Shown one piece after another: positions 48,436-58,235 of a stretch of 64,000 bases of DNA. Under the pieces are notes generated by a model. It was given only the letters and a program-made list of their open reading frames with translations, had not been told where the DNA came from and searched no databases. Origin of the DNA: a virus (taxonomy: Duplodnaviria; Caudoviricetes); IMG/VR virus record IMGVR_UViG_3300020577_003313, one strand, 5' to 3'. Position numbers and translations under genes: made by a program. How positions within the stretch are numbered: position 1 is the first letter of the stretch; each line of letters begins with the position of its first letter.

Positions 48436-48899
48436 GATGTAGCAACGATTACGGTTGGTTCTTCTTCAGCAGCCACGATAGTGGCATAAGGTAAGCAAAC
48501 AGAAAGGATAACGTCGGTAATGATAAATCCTAAGCCTAGGACTAATCCGGTTCCAAGGAATGTACCAAGACCAGCAGTGGCTAAGCCAGAGATAACCAGA
48601 TCAGAAACGAGCGGATTATCGTGGATAACCTTCTTTAGTCTATTAGGTAACTTTTCAATTAAGAAAAGCACGCTAACTGAAAGCAAAATACCAATTATTG
48701 CCGCAGGCAATAGGATATAGCTTGCGGTAAATGGTAAGATAGCTACAGCGATACAGCTAAGGATTACTCTAGGCTTAGAGTAATCTAGATTGATTAGCCA
48801 ATCAAGTAGTTTGAGGGCTTTTGTTGTCAGATCGTTCAGAAGTATTTGTAGATTCATTGTTTTGTCCTCTTTGTTTCTCGAAGAACAGGATCTTGTCAT
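48432..48899 (-). CDS. Membrane protein
   Basis: Several hydrophobic segments. Confidence 0.65.
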   Translation of the reverse strand: MTRSCSSRNKEDKTMNLQILLNDLTTKALKLLDWLINLDYSKPRVILSCIAVAILPFTASYILLPAAIIGILLSVSVLFLIEKLPNRLKKVIHDNPLVSDLVISGLATAGLGTFLGTGLVLGLGFIITDVILSVCLPYATIVAAEEEPTVIVATS

Positions 48900-49245
48900 A
48901 GACAGCTTTGATCATATTCTTCGTGAATTCCCTTCTAAGTTCCTTAGACTTGGGATTATCTCCAGGAAAAAATGAAGTGTAGTAAAGAGGCTTTACTGCT
49001 TCATTGTCTGGGATATCTTCTGGAGCATACTCATCATAGATTACCTTAAACGGGCTTGAGATCATTTTAGTCTGACCCGCGCCTCGTCTAATGGTAAAAT
49101 GGTTGTTAGCAGATAGGACTATTCCAGATTCATGCACTACGTTAAAAGAAAACCAGGCAAGAAGACCTTGGTTTATTTGTGCTTGGTTAGCTCTAAATGC
49201 TCTTGTAATGACTATGTTTAAGTCAAGTGCTTTAAAGCTACTCAT
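48802..49245 (-). CDS. Hypothetical protein (weak SpoVG-like)
   Basis: LAWFSFNV...FTIRRG...MISSP. Confidence 0.45.
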   Translation of the reverse strand: MSSFKALDLNIVITRAFRANQAQINQGLLAWFSFNVVHESGIVLSANNHFTIRRGAGQTKMISSPFKVIYDEYAPEDIPDNEAVKPLYYTSFFPGDNPKSKELRREFTKNMIKAVYDKILFFEKQRGQNNESTNTSERSDNKSPQTT

Positions 49246-49964
49246 TATGAATTGACTTCCTCAATTCTCTTTCTGAAAGAGTCCTTAACAGCAGAGATAT
49301 TATTGATTAGTTCTTTTCCATTCTTGCAAGAACTGATAATATTCTTGATTATCGTGTTCTTCATGCTCTTCTTAGAAGACATGAATTTATTAAGTTCTAA
49401 TCTAGCTGCTCTAGCTTTAGCAAAGCACTCTACCTGTTCTTTTCTAAGTCCACCAAAAGGACTGTTAGGCTCCGGTACTTGACGTATAGTAGCAGAAAAA
49501 TACGTGCCAGATCTACTGGTACCAGGTCTAGAATCAAATTCTATTAAGAATGTTACCAGTACATTTTTGTACGCGTCTTCGTCTGTATTGTAAGTAGTAC
49601 AGAATTTCTTCTTTAGAGAAGCCTTAGAGTTTTGTAGCTCCAAAGCCTGAGAATCGTTAAGTAAAGCCGAGAATTTCTTTGCTATCTTTATATTCTCTTG
49701 AGAGAACCCAAGAGCAGGCATAGCCTTAATAGCTTTATCTAGATCATCGAATTCACATTCTGTGTATTCTTTAAAGAACTTATTTAAAGCTTCTTCAGAA
49801 TCTTTTTGTTCCTTTTCTGCTTTTTCACACTTAGAGGTTAACTCCTGCTCGATGTCATCAATAATTAGATCAATGACCTCTTGCTTGGTAAGCTTAAAAT
49901 CTTCTGTATGAAGTAAGCTAAGGTTAGGAGACTCGGCAGAAGGAATAATAGACTTGTTAGACAT
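49245..49964 (-). CDS. Hypothetical coiled-coil protein
   Basis: ORF, TAATG coupling. Confidence 0.6.
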   Translation of the reverse strand: MSNKSIIPSAESPNLSLLHTEDFKLTKQEVIDLIIDDIEQELTSKCEKAEKEQKDSEEALNKFFKEYTECEFDDLDKAIKAMPALGFSQENIKIAKKFSALLNDSQALELQNSKASLKKKFCTTYNTDEDAYKNVLVTFLIEFDSRPGTSRSGTYFSATIRQVPEPNSPFGGLRKEQVECFAKARAARLELNKFMSSKKSMKNTIIKNIISSCKNGKELINNISAVKDSFRKRIEEVNS

Positions 49965-50545
49965 TATACTGCATCCTCATGAACAGAACTTTTTGAAGCT
50001 TCCAACTGAAGTTTAAGACTGGCGACTTCTTCTTTAAGCTCGATGATCTTCTTATTAAGATCAGCGTTGATTGGGTTCTCTACTGGAACTTTAAGGACAT
50101 CAGGATTTAGCTTAGCTAATCCTAGTTCTTTTACTTCTACAACAACTAATTTTCCAGTAGCAAAAGCGTCTCTGACGAATTCTTGCAAAGATCTAAGAGT
50201 ATCACCGTGTATCTCGTGTATATCACTTATCTTCTTAGACATCGGATAAGCTGCTATGTTCTTATCAATTTCTTCGTTGTAGAAGCTTATGAATGCAGAA
50301 GCCATGTGTCTATACAGATGCTCTCTGATACCTTTTTCTACATTGTATTTAGACACTCCAGTTAGTTTCTTAGCAGCAACTATACTGTTAGTCTTGGTAT
50401 TGACACAAACATATCCATCAAGAAATGGATACTTAGTGTTGATAAAGCTAGATTCTCTAGTCTTATCAATTAGCTTAGCTGCTATTTCTTTATCCGCTAA
50501 TGGATAATATGCTAGCGGTTTACCATCTTGAGTTTCGTCAGTCAT
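49964..50545 (-). CDS. Hypothetical protein
   Basis: ORF, TAATG coupling. Confidence 0.6.
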   Translation of the reverse strand: MTDETQDGKPLAYYPLADKEIAAKLIDKTRESSFINTKYPFLDGYVCVNTKTNSIVAAKKLTGVSKYNVEKGIREHLYRHMASAFISFYNEEIDKNIAAYPMSKKISDIHEIHGDTLRSLQEFVRDAFATGKLVVVEVKELGLAKLNPDVLKVPVENPINADLNKKIIELKEEVASLKLQLEASKSSVHEDAV

Positions 50546-50575
50546 ATGTTTTATTTAATTTCTCTATACTACAGC

Positions 50576-50609
50576 AAAAAAATAAGGGAGAGGGCCGGAA
50601 CCCTCTCCC
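50576..50609 (-). terminator. Intrinsic terminator
   Basis: GGGAGAGGG-TTCCGG-CCCTCTCCC hairpin then TTATTTTTTT. Confidence 0.85.
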
Positions 50610-50620
50610 ATCTACATCAA

Positions 50621-51265
50621 TCAGATGATGTCACTGATATCCGCACCCTTGGTCTTCGTTGCCGAATCCAGGGACTCGCGGGTGACTCCGCCCATCTTGG
50701 CGTAGCTCCAGTATTGGCTGGAACCTTGAGAGCCCGAAGTGACATTGAGGATAATGCACTTTCTCGGGTTCATGAACGCCAGCTCCCCATCAGCAGTGGG
50801 AACCTGGACACCTTCCAGGGTCTGAAGCTGAGGAACCTCGTCGATGATATCGACGACAGGGGCAATGTAACCCTTGAGCTCAGGGCAGGCTTCGATGATT
50901 CGATCAGCGAACGCCTTAGCGTCGCTGCCACCTTCCCCATACTGAGTGTACAGCATGAGACCGGAGTTAGCGCGCTGGTTCTTGTCGGTGCCAGGCACCT
51001 TGAGGGGCTTACCGTCGTCTCCGAGACGGATACGGTTCAGGGAGAAGAGAGTCGCGCCGAGTTCACGAAGAACTTTGCCGAACTTCTCGTTGTTGAACAC
51101 GATGGGACTCTGATTGGTCTTCCAGCGAGCAAGCTGGAAAACCTGAGCACCTCCGATGTTCGAGACGCTCTTGGTCTCTCGATTGTAGGTCTCGATGCCA
51201 CGGGCAAAGAGAGTCTTGGAGTAGGTGATAACAGGATTGACGGGATTGGACATATTAGTCAGCAC
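50621..51265 (-). CDS. Hypothetical protein with high-GC3 codon usage
   Basis: 214-aa ORF, C/G-ending codons, own terminator. Confidence 0.75.
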   Translation of the reverse strand: MLTNMSNPVNPVITYSKTLFARGIETYNRETKSVSNIGGAQVFQLARWKTNQSPIVFNNEKFGKVLRELGATLFSLNRIRLGDDGKPLKVPGTDKNQRANSGLMLYTQYGEGGSDAKAFADRIIEACPELKGYIAPVVDIIDEVPQLQTLEGVQVPTADGELAFMNPRKCIILNVTSGSQGSSQYWSYAKMGGVTRESLDSATKTKGADISDII

Positions 51266-52643
51266 TTCTTTCTATGAAACGTTGTTTAGCAGTTAACAGA
51301 TCATTCCTAACGAAGGAATACACGATAGCACCGAAATCATCGTGAGATGATTTAGATGCAAAAACATAACCGAGATTTTTGATTTCTGTAATCTTCTCTA
51401 TGAGTTTAGATTCCAGTAGTCTATTGAATGGCTTCTCTGCCTCACTTGGATCAGAAGATCTGATCTTGTAGGCAACGATATACCTAGCGCCAGTCTTGTA
51501 AGTCTGATCCCAGACTTCGGTGACTTGAGGCCAGATGACTCTTTTTCTTCCGAACTTCTTTTTACTGATGTCTCTGTCAGAGACATAGACCCAGTAGACA
51601 CCGTTATGGACTTTTCTAGAGAGAACGACCTTCTTGGTCGCTGCTCCATTGTCAATCCATTCCCACGAGGATTCTTCCCATTCGTGATATGGATTTTCTT
51701 TCAGAGATATGATCAATCGACGCCCGACTGGGCTATCGTTATCTATCTTGATGTAGTTGACAGGATCAGGCTGAAACTTCTCATTGACAGAAGGTGTAAA
51801 TCTTAAGTCATACTCCCATTTGATGCTATCTTCTGGAGTAATACATTCTACAGTGAAGTTACTACAGCCTCTGCTTCTAAGCAAATATTTGAGATCTTGC
51901 TCAGTAGTGTAGTCTTTCTGATCTTTGCTTTTCTTTTTAGGTCTAGAGATATAGCTCTTTTCATTGCCTTTATCTGTGATCTTAATAGAAAAGGTCAGAT
52001 CATACGGACGACTCGCTGGAAGGATGAGGAACCCGCCCCTGCTCTTATTACTAAGAGAAAGCGGATTCATGAAGTCAGGATCCTGCGAAGGATCCATGAA
52101 CGCCCAGTCAGATGCAAAGCTGTCTAGGTTCCTACCAACCATCTCAAGCGTGCGCTTGTCTGCAAATTGATCAAGCTCAACTATGCTTCTACCAGAGGTA
52201 GAAGGAGCAAGATCAGTGATCTTTGCTTCGGTAAACTTAGGAGTAGAACTAATGACCAAGAATTGATCAGTTCTTTCCCTAGAGTTTTCTTGATCTTCAA
52301 TTTCTTTTACTAGTGTAGTGTAGGTCTTGAATTCCTCAAGCTCTTCAGATGTAAAAAATAGAGAAGCTAGATCGTCTACTTCTAAAGACTCGATCCACTC
52401 AACCCAGATCTTCTGGGCCTGCTTGCTTTCCTGCATCATAAAGAGACTAAGATTAGTAGACATCTTATCAATGTCTAGGTCATCTTTTTGAACATAATCT
52501 CTTCTAGGAATAAAGATCTCCGGGGCGGAGATCATAGCAACCATGTCCTGATACTTTTGTCTTGCAATAGCATCAGAAGGTAGTTTTAGTTCTTTAGCTT
52601 CGACTCTTGCTCTAGCTGGACGATCAATGATGTCATCAGACAT
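51255..52643 (-). CDS. Hypothetical protein
   Basis: 462-aa ORF. Confidence 0.7.
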   Translation of the reverse strand: MSDDIIDRPARARVEAKELKLPSDAIARQKYQDMVAMISAPEIFIPRRDYVQKDDLDIDKMSTNLSLFMMQESKQAQKIWVEWIESLEVDDLASLFFTSEELEEFKTYTTLVKEIEDQENSRERTDQFLVISSTPKFTEAKITDLAPSTSGRSIVELDQFADKRTLEMVGRNLDSFASDWAFMDPSQDPDFMNPLSLSNKSRGGFLILPASRPYDLTFSIKITDKGNEKSYISRPKKKSKDQKDYTTEQDLKYLLRSRGCSNFTVECITPEDSIKWEYDLRFTPSVNEKFQPDPVNYIKIDNDSPVGRRLIISLKENPYHEWEESSWEWIDNGAATKKVVLSRKVHNGVYWVYVSDRDISKKKFGRKRVIWPQVTEVWDQTYKTGARYIVAYKIRSSDPSEAEKPFNRLLESKLIEKITEIKNLGYVFASKSSHDDFGAIVYSFVRNDLLTAKQRFIERSAD

Positions 52644-52905
52644 TGCAGTTGTTGAAGTTATTGCCGAAAGTACGGTTAAGTTCTTGTGTTAAAGCGTAAA
52701 CCTGTACTGCGTCATAGACAATGAATGATGTGTCTATGATAATTGGAAGAATTACTAAGATAGCAGAACAAATGAGACCGTAGGATGCAAAAATATATCC
52801 AAGTCCCAAGAGAGTGGTTAATTTAAACCAATAAGACCAAGTCTCTAGAAACTGTCTAATTAGAACAAACCAGTTTACTTTTAAGTAGCGAAATATTTCT
52901 CTCAT
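52636..52905 (-). CDS. Small membrane protein
   Basis: Two hydrophobic helices. Confidence 0.6.
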   Translation of the reverse strand: MREIFRYLKVNWFVLIRQFLETWSYWFKLTTLLGLGYIFASYGLICSAILVILPIIIDTSFIVYDAVQVYALTQELNRTFGNNFNNCNV

Positions 52906-53335
52906 TTGTTGTTACTGTATCTTGTAGCTTAAAATTAGCTCGCAACCTCTGAGGAATTACCTTAAAAGCATTGACATACTCTTCCAGTAGCTTAACTGTG
53001 AAGACGTCTAGTTCTTTATCTTTGCTAAGCGTTACAATATTTCTAATAGCTGCTTCAGCAGTAAACAATACTGCATTCTCAATAATTAGAAATCCTTCAT
53101 CGACATCTTTAGTGTCGATATTTATCTCTTCTTTCCTTAAGTCTTCTTCAATGTAGACTACTGTAACAAACAGATTAGCCAGTGATTTAAGCTGGTCAAT
53201 TGTTTTAATTGTTTGCCTATAGATTGGAGCGACTAACAAATCTGAGACCTCTCCCAGCCTGAATATTCGTCTGGTGTTGCAAGATTCAAATCTGAAAGGA
53301 ACTCTCTGAACTCTTCGGCATTTTCTCTTTTCCAC
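52856..53335 (-). CDS. Hypothetical protein (start uncertain)
   Basis: ORF packing. Confidence 0.5.
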   Translation of the reverse strand: MEKRKCRRVQRVPFRFESCNTRRIFRLGEVSDLLVAPIYRQTIKTIDQLKSLANLFVTVVYIEEDLRKEEINIDTKDVDEGFLIIENAVLFTAEAAIRNIVTLSKDKELDVFTVKLLEEYVNAFKVIPQRLRANFKLQDTVTTNERNISLLKSKLVCSN

Positions 53336-53586
53336 TTCTCAAAGAAAGATTGAGGAGTGTACTTATTGCCTAGCAGACAGACTGTAAAGTCGTAAGCAAT
53401 TCCTTCTTCGTCGCAAATCTTTATGAGACCTTTGATGTCGTCAATGATCTGATTTTGTTTTTCTTCAAGTATTTGTGATACTCTATGATATGCCTCAACA
53501 TACTTAGCAGAAGTATCATCTACATTGTCTAATATAAGCTTTTCCGGATCTTCTGGCTTTTGATCTTCGGGTTCGTTGCTGTTCAT
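53233..53586 (-). CDS. Hypothetical protein
   Basis: ORF packing. Confidence 0.55.
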   Translation of the reverse strand: MNSNEPEDQKPEDPEKLILDNVDDTSAKYVEAYHRVSQILEEKQNQIIDDIKGLIKICDEEGIAYDFTVCLLGNKYTPQSFFEKWKRENAEEFREFLSDLNLATPDEYSGWERSQIC

Positions 53587-53596
53587 CTTTTATCCT

Positions 53597-53800
53597 TTAG
53601 CATCCGCTGGAATACCAACTTTCACTCTCTTCGTCGATTATATCTTGTCTATATTCTTTCGCAACAGTTTTTAGATTTTCTGTAGTTTCTCTTATCTTAC
53701 TAATGATTTTACTTTTGTCAACCACACTAATAGTTGTGCATTCGAAGATAAAATCTTCAAGAGCATTCATATGCTCTCTAATCTTAACATTGACGTCCAT
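53597..53800 (-). CDS. Hypothetical protein
   Basis: ORF ending in SWYSSGC. Confidence 0.55.
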   Translation of the reverse strand: MDVNVKIREHMNALEDFIFECTTISVVDKSKIISKIRETTENLKTVAKEYRQDIIDEESESWYSSGC

Positions 53801-53853
53801 TTTTTAAATCTTGGCTGGAAACTTGAAAATTTTTCTTCTTTTAGAAGAGGAAA

Positions 53854-55056
53854 TTAAGGGTTATTTGCAATTTTTTGATAACGCCTGACCTTCCCTCGCG
53901 AGATAGCGTCTTCAAATTTTCTTACATAGTTATGGTTTTTTGCTTTTTTAAGCAAAACAGGAATGTGCTCATATGCAAATTCTCTAAACCAGCCTCCAGT
54001 AATGCTACTGGAAACTTTGCTTAGAGCAACTTTAAAAGCTTGATGATGATCTAGGACACCTCTAAAAGGTACTATGCTTCGCTCTATAGCTAGAACAAAG
54101 CATTCTTCTAGGACGCCGTTTAGTCTTGTCTCTAAGGGAAGAGACAAGAACTTTTCTTTATCGCACATGACCTCTTGGCCTTCCTTCATATACAGAGTAT
54201 ATGCTGGAACATTGCCAATCTTTACAGCTTCGTGAATATCGTCATGCTCGTAAGTGTAGTTTACATTACTAGTAAAGAATTTATTTTTAGCTACATTGAG
54301 CGCCGGAGTAGTATGGGTGTAGCTTTCTCTTTCTCTAAGCCTTAAGAACTTTTCAGCATATTTCGGCACTTCTGCGCCGAAATGTTTCATTGTGTGATAG
54401 TCTTTAGCAGTCTTCCAGAAGTGAGGCGAATCTTTCTTGAATCTATGAGATTTCTTTATAGTATACAATAGATCCAAAGAAGGAACATACGTGTCCTTAA
54501 ATGGTCCAATGTTACTACCAGAATCAACATAGATAGGATAAGGGAAACCATTCTCCCTAAAGAAATCCTTCTTGTGTTCTTTTAGAATATTGAATAGCTC
54601 GTCATTAGACGAACCATCACCTGGCTCGAAAGTTTCAACCTCGTAGATTAAGGAAAAATTGAATACGCAAGATCTAAATTTAAGAATCCACTTATTAGCA
54701 GAATCTTCTAAAATTTCTGGAGCTGAATTAGTATATTTTCCTAATTTATCTAAATAGTCTTTAGACAAAAGGGCTAAATCAGCATTATTTTTCTTAATAA
54801 AGCAGTCAATGATATATTGTTTTGTTTTTTCTAGCTTTTCCTTGGTCATGATCAAGTCTGTATCACTTTCAGGACCATAAGCTCTTTGCATTAATTTATT
54901 AAGCAAGTCTGACATTCTCTTTATAAGAGAATCTGGTTGGCCATAATTTTCAGCAATAGCCTTCATTAAAGCCATTCTAGAATAGAATGCCTTACTGCCA
55001 ATAAGGATAATGCTATTGTATAGCGGACTATCTACGCTTGGATATGATTCTTTCAA
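53854..55056 (-). CDS. Conserved phage protein with Pol-beta-type nucleotidyltransferase-like N-terminus
   Basis: LIGSKA...SDTDL; KKSHRF, YEHDDIHE, EECFVLAIER, TGGWFR. Confidence 0.6.
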   Translation of the reverse strand: MKESYPSVDSPLYNSIILIGSKAFYSRMALMKAIAENYGQPDSLIKRMSDLLNKLMQRAYGPESDTDLIMTKEKLEKTKQYIIDCFIKKNNADLALLSKDYLDKLGKYTNSAPEILEDSANKWILKFRSCVFNFSLIYEVETFEPGDGSSNDELFNILKEHKKDFFRENGFPYPIYVDSGSNIGPFKDTYVPSLDLLYTIKKSHRFKKDSPHFWKTAKDYHTMKHFGAEVPKYAEKFLRLRERESYTHTTPALNVAKNKFFTSNVNYTYEHDDIHEAVKIGNVPAYTLYMKEGQEVMCDKEKFLSLPLETRLNGVLEECFVLAIERSIVPFRGVLDHHQAFKVALSKVSSSITGGWFREFAYEHIPVLLKKAKNHNYVRKFEDAISRGKVRRYQKIANNP

Positions 55057-55312
55057 TCTGCTTAAGTATCCTTTGTACTGTTAATTTTTCATTATCAGAA
55101 CAATCATCTAAGAGTTCTATATTTGGAGGAATATAGTCCTTAGAATCGTTTACTCGATTAAGGATAAAGTATACTAGCGCCAAACCTTCGTTGCCTGAGA
55201 TTCTTACTTTTTGAACTATGTCAGGAAACTTTTTGAGCAGAACAATAGCAGGCTTAGATTCCTGAAAACTATTGTTATCTGGTTTTGCATTCTTCGATAC
55301 TGTGATTATCAT
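55028..55312 (-). CDS. Hypothetical protein
   Basis: ORF packing. Confidence 0.5.
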   Translation of the reverse strand: MIITVSKNAKPDNNSFQESKPAIVLLKKFPDIVQKVRISGNEGLALVYFILNRVNDSKDYIPPNIELLDDCSDNEKLTVQRILKQIERIISKRR

Positions 55313-55565
55313 GTCCTTGCAGCAATCTCTTTTCTTCTTCTCTTAGGAACTCTAGAACTGTATTCCACTTTCTAATTAGCCCCCCTTGTAGGGGGGCCTT
55401 ATTTCCGTCCTGATCTATGTAATTTACTTCATAGTCAGTAATTTGCCTGTAGTACTGACTAAATAGCTCATAAACAAAAGTGTCTATGAATCTTATTCCA
55501 GTATTACTGAATGTTCTTTTTACAGTTTTACCAGATAAGTTGTATTGTAGTTCCCAGTAACCCAT
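55275..55565 (-). CDS. Hypothetical protein
   Basis: TAATG coupling to the NAMPT-like gene. Confidence 0.55.
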   Translation of the reverse strand: MGYWELQYNLSGKTVKRTFSNTGIRFIDTFVYELFSQYYRQITDYEVNYIDQDGNKAPLQGGLIRKWNTVLEFLREEEKRLLQGHDNHSIEECKTR

Positions 55566-57022
55566 TAGTCTCTAATTCTATCTCTAATTTCCTGTAGAGA
55601 AAGAGGATAAAGCATGTTACCATTGATAAACACTGGCTGGAGCATGTTCTTACCACTATAGAAAGCTTCAGGAGTTGCTTCATCCATATAGGCAATCTTA
55701 CCATTAGTGTCTCTGTAGACAACTGGCAAGCCCTTGATGCTATTCTTAGTTCCATCATCAGTCTTTGGCTTCTTGAAGATGTTATAGCCTTGACCGTTGT
55801 TGATACAGTGAGTAGCTTTAATTGCAGAACCGAGCGTGTCTCTAGTATTGTACTGGTAGCTATAGCTACCAATTCCTAGAACAATGTTGGTACTGGCAAA
55901 TCCCTTCTTCTTCAAACCTTCGAGGATGTTAATCTGGCGTTCCAGTGTAATGCTATCTCCGTAGATAGCACCGATGTGCTGATCGAGCACCTTATAACCC
56001 TTGGAGTTCACGTATCCTCCAAAGATATTGAAAAGAGTCTCAATCAACCCAGCCCGAACCGCAGGTTCGGTAGAAGTTGGATCACCAATCAAAATCTTGA
56101 CAGGATCGCCGCTGTCTGGACGGATCACAACCTTACCTTCTCTAGACATAATTTCAGTCTTGAGAGCAGGAAGATACTCAGTGACGAGCTTCCAGAAGTC
56201 AAAGCTGTCAGAAACAACAGAGACAATACCAGTTGGGTGTGTCTTAGTGATAAGTCTCTGAATGCTATTGAGTTCTCCTTCAACGCTTGCACTAGCACAC
56301 ATGACTGCGTGCTCTGTTGCAGGAACAGATCCAGCTACCAGTTCTGTAGGGCTAGCACCATAGTACTTCCTCAGATAGGCGATAGCCGGTAGCGTATCGG
56401 AACCGACAAAGCTAGTAAGGTGAGCCATAGCAGAAGTGATGGCCGCCTCAATGCTAAACATACCTCTAAACGAGAAGTCGTGGCCCTGCCACGCACAGAA
56501 CGACTGGTCATCCGAAGTCTCTTTAGCGTAGTAATCAAAATTTCTACGGTAAATAGTAGCAATTGTGGCAGAATTCATCATTCCCCACAATGTTGCAGAC
56601 ATCTGGGTTTCCAAAAAGTTAGGAAGCCAGAAGAAATCTGGATGAGTATTAGCAATCGTGTAGAGAGGAACTCTGATAGGAACTCTTGTTCCTTCCTTCA
56701 AAGCTCTGATCTCAATTGGCATGTAGCCAAGCTTATGAAGTTTCTCTAAGTGAGAAACATCATTCTTAACAGAGAGATAGGAATCAATGTAGTCCTTGTA
56801 TTCCTTGACAGCATCCTTGTTATCAAAGAAGTTTGTCTGCCACTGATTCAGCAAGTACTCAGAAATGTAATACTGAAGACCGAAGAATATGGCTTCATTG
56901 AATGGCAGTCTCGTACTACGGCAAACCCAGTTGCTAGTAATAAAGTTTGTGCCAGAAGGATACTGATGGACGTGGCCAATCTTGTATCCATCAATAAGAA
57001 GCGAAGGGTTAAGGTTGAGCAT
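55565..57022 (-). CDS. nadV: Nicotinamide phosphoribosyltransferase-like enzyme (probable Namat of NARP1)
   Basis: DGYKIGH, HDFSFRG, GSDT, ATEHAVM, SVVSDS, IRPDSGDP, YGDSIT, TRDT. Confidence 0.9.
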   Translation of the reverse strand: MLNLNPSLLIDGYKIGHVHQYPSGTNFITSNWVCRSTRLPFNEAIFFGLQYYISEYLLNQWQTNFFDNKDAVKEYKDYIDSYLSVKNDVSHLEKLHKLGYMPIEIRALKEGTRVPIRVPLYTIANTHPDFFWLPNFLETQMSATLWGMMNSATIATIYRRNFDYYAKETSDDQSFCAWQGHDFSFRGMFSIEAAITSAMAHLTSFVGSDTLPAIAYLRKYYGASPTELVAGSVPATEHAVMCASASVEGELNSIQRLITKTHPTGIVSVVSDSFDFWKLVTEYLPALKTEIMSREGKVVIRPDSGDPVKILIGDPTSTEPAVRAGLIETLFNIFGGYVNSKGYKVLDQHIGAIYGDSITLERQINILEGLKKKGFASTNIVLGIGSYSYQYNTRDTLGSAIKATHCINNGQGYNIFKKPKTDDGTKNSIKGLPVVYRDTNGKIAYMDEATPEAFYSGKNMLQPVFINGNMLYPLSLQEIRDRIRD

Positions 57023-57023
57023 T

Positions 57024-57830
57024 TTACGACTTTACTTTAACTGTGTAACTGTCTGTGGTATAAATATTACCAAAATATCTGTATAATTCTTCCATTCCTT
57101 TGGAATAGATACCATGCGTGGTATACAGATTCAGCGTAGCGTTCTTATATTTTTCTTTGATGACTTTTGCTGCGCCAATGAAGGTTCCTCCTCCATCGCA
57201 GATATCATCCAAGATTAACATAGTATGAAATTCTTGTTCTGTACTACCCATAGCACCATCATCAAGAATCTTGAATTGACTAAGATTCCCGGTCGCCGGG
57301 TCTCTAACTTTGCACATTACAATGGTTCTCATAGAACCAATGAATGGTTTGTATCTCTTGGCAGCTCCCTCATCTGGGAGAATAATACAGTCTGCGTTAG
57401 TCTCTTTGATAACCTTATTGATGATAAGGGTCAGAAGATCTCTTCGTACAGAAAATACAGATTTGTCGAAGCAAGCAGCAAGAACATTAGAATGAGGATC
57501 AATTGTAGCAATCTCTTTAACACGACCATCAAAAAGCTTGGCGATCGTTCTAACAGATAATCCGGCTCCGTCTTCTGTGGCTCTGTCTTGTCTTGCATAA
57601 GGAAAATATGGAATGAACAGAGTCTCTACGTCTAAGCCCTTATCTTTTAGGATATCCAAGGCTAAAATTGCCCGCATAATTTTAGTTGGATTTTCAATAT
57701 CAATCCTAATAGTATAAGGAATTTCGGCTACTTCACGGAGCCGCGCTCCTATCTCTCCGCCAGGAAATTCCCAGAATTCAAACATCTCTTCAAGACGACA
57801 GGTATTTCCTAGACCGATGACAGATTTCAT
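57024..57830 (-). CDS. prs: Ribose-phosphate pyrophosphokinase-like enzyme (probable Adps of NARP1)
   Basis: FPGGE, PYFPYARQDR, DPHS, PDEGA, DDICDGGGT, THG. Confidence 0.88.
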   Translation of the reverse strand: MKSVIGLGNTCRLEEMFEFWEFPGGEIGARLREVAEIPYTIRIDIENPTKIMRAILALDILKDKGLDVETLFIPYFPYARQDRATEDGAGLSVRTIAKLFDGRVKEIATIDPHSNVLAACFDKSVFSVRRDLLTLIINKVIKETNADCIILPDEGAAKRYKPFIGSMRTIVMCKVRDPATGNLSQFKILDDGAMGSTEQEFHTMLILDDICDGGGTFIGAAKVIKEKYKNATLNLYTTHGIYSKGMEELYRYFGNIYTTDSYTVKVKS

Positions 57831-57832
57831 AG

Positions 57833-58051
57833 TTAATTAGAGAGAGGATTGTTGATTAGATTAGTTAGAGCTTCAACCACAAGACTAGCTTGCTCTTTTG
57901 TCATAATCAGCCTAAGACTTGACTGACTAGAATCATTGATCTCAATCAAGTCAAGCCCGTCACGATCGGGCATAACTGTAATATGAGTTCCGTTTTTGTT
58001 ATCAAAAATTCGGTAGTGAGTCTCAAGCTCAAAATTAGGAACGTTTGTCAT
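57833..58051 (-). CDS. Hypothetical protein
   Basis: ORF; DRDGLDLIEI. Confidence 0.55.
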   Translation of the reverse strand: MTNVPNFELETHYRIFDNKNGTHITVMPDRDGLDLIEINDSSQSSLRLIMTKEQASLVVEALTNLINNPLSN

Positions 58052-58217
58052 TTAATTTCTTATTAGGTGGTGATATAACTTTATAGCACATTCCGCACTC
58101 AGGACAGTAGGCTATATTTGGGGTATCCTCTATCATCTTAGTATTTCTAAGACCACAGTAAGTACACATATACCCCACTTCATCTATTTCCGGTATTTCA
58201 TCTTCTTCTTCGTTCAT
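58035..58217 (-). CDS. Small Zn-ribbon protein
   Basis: CTYC...CPEC. Confidence 0.55.
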   Translation of the reverse strand: MNEEEDEIPEIDEVGYMCTYCGLRNTKMIEDTPNIAYCPECGMCYKVISPPNKKLNDKRS

Positions 58218-58235
58218 AGAAAGTCAAGATTTAGA

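Noticed and set aside
50528-51277. 249-aa plus-strand ORF
   Set aside because: Antisense shadow of the codon-biased gene 50621-51265, which has the terminator and operon context.
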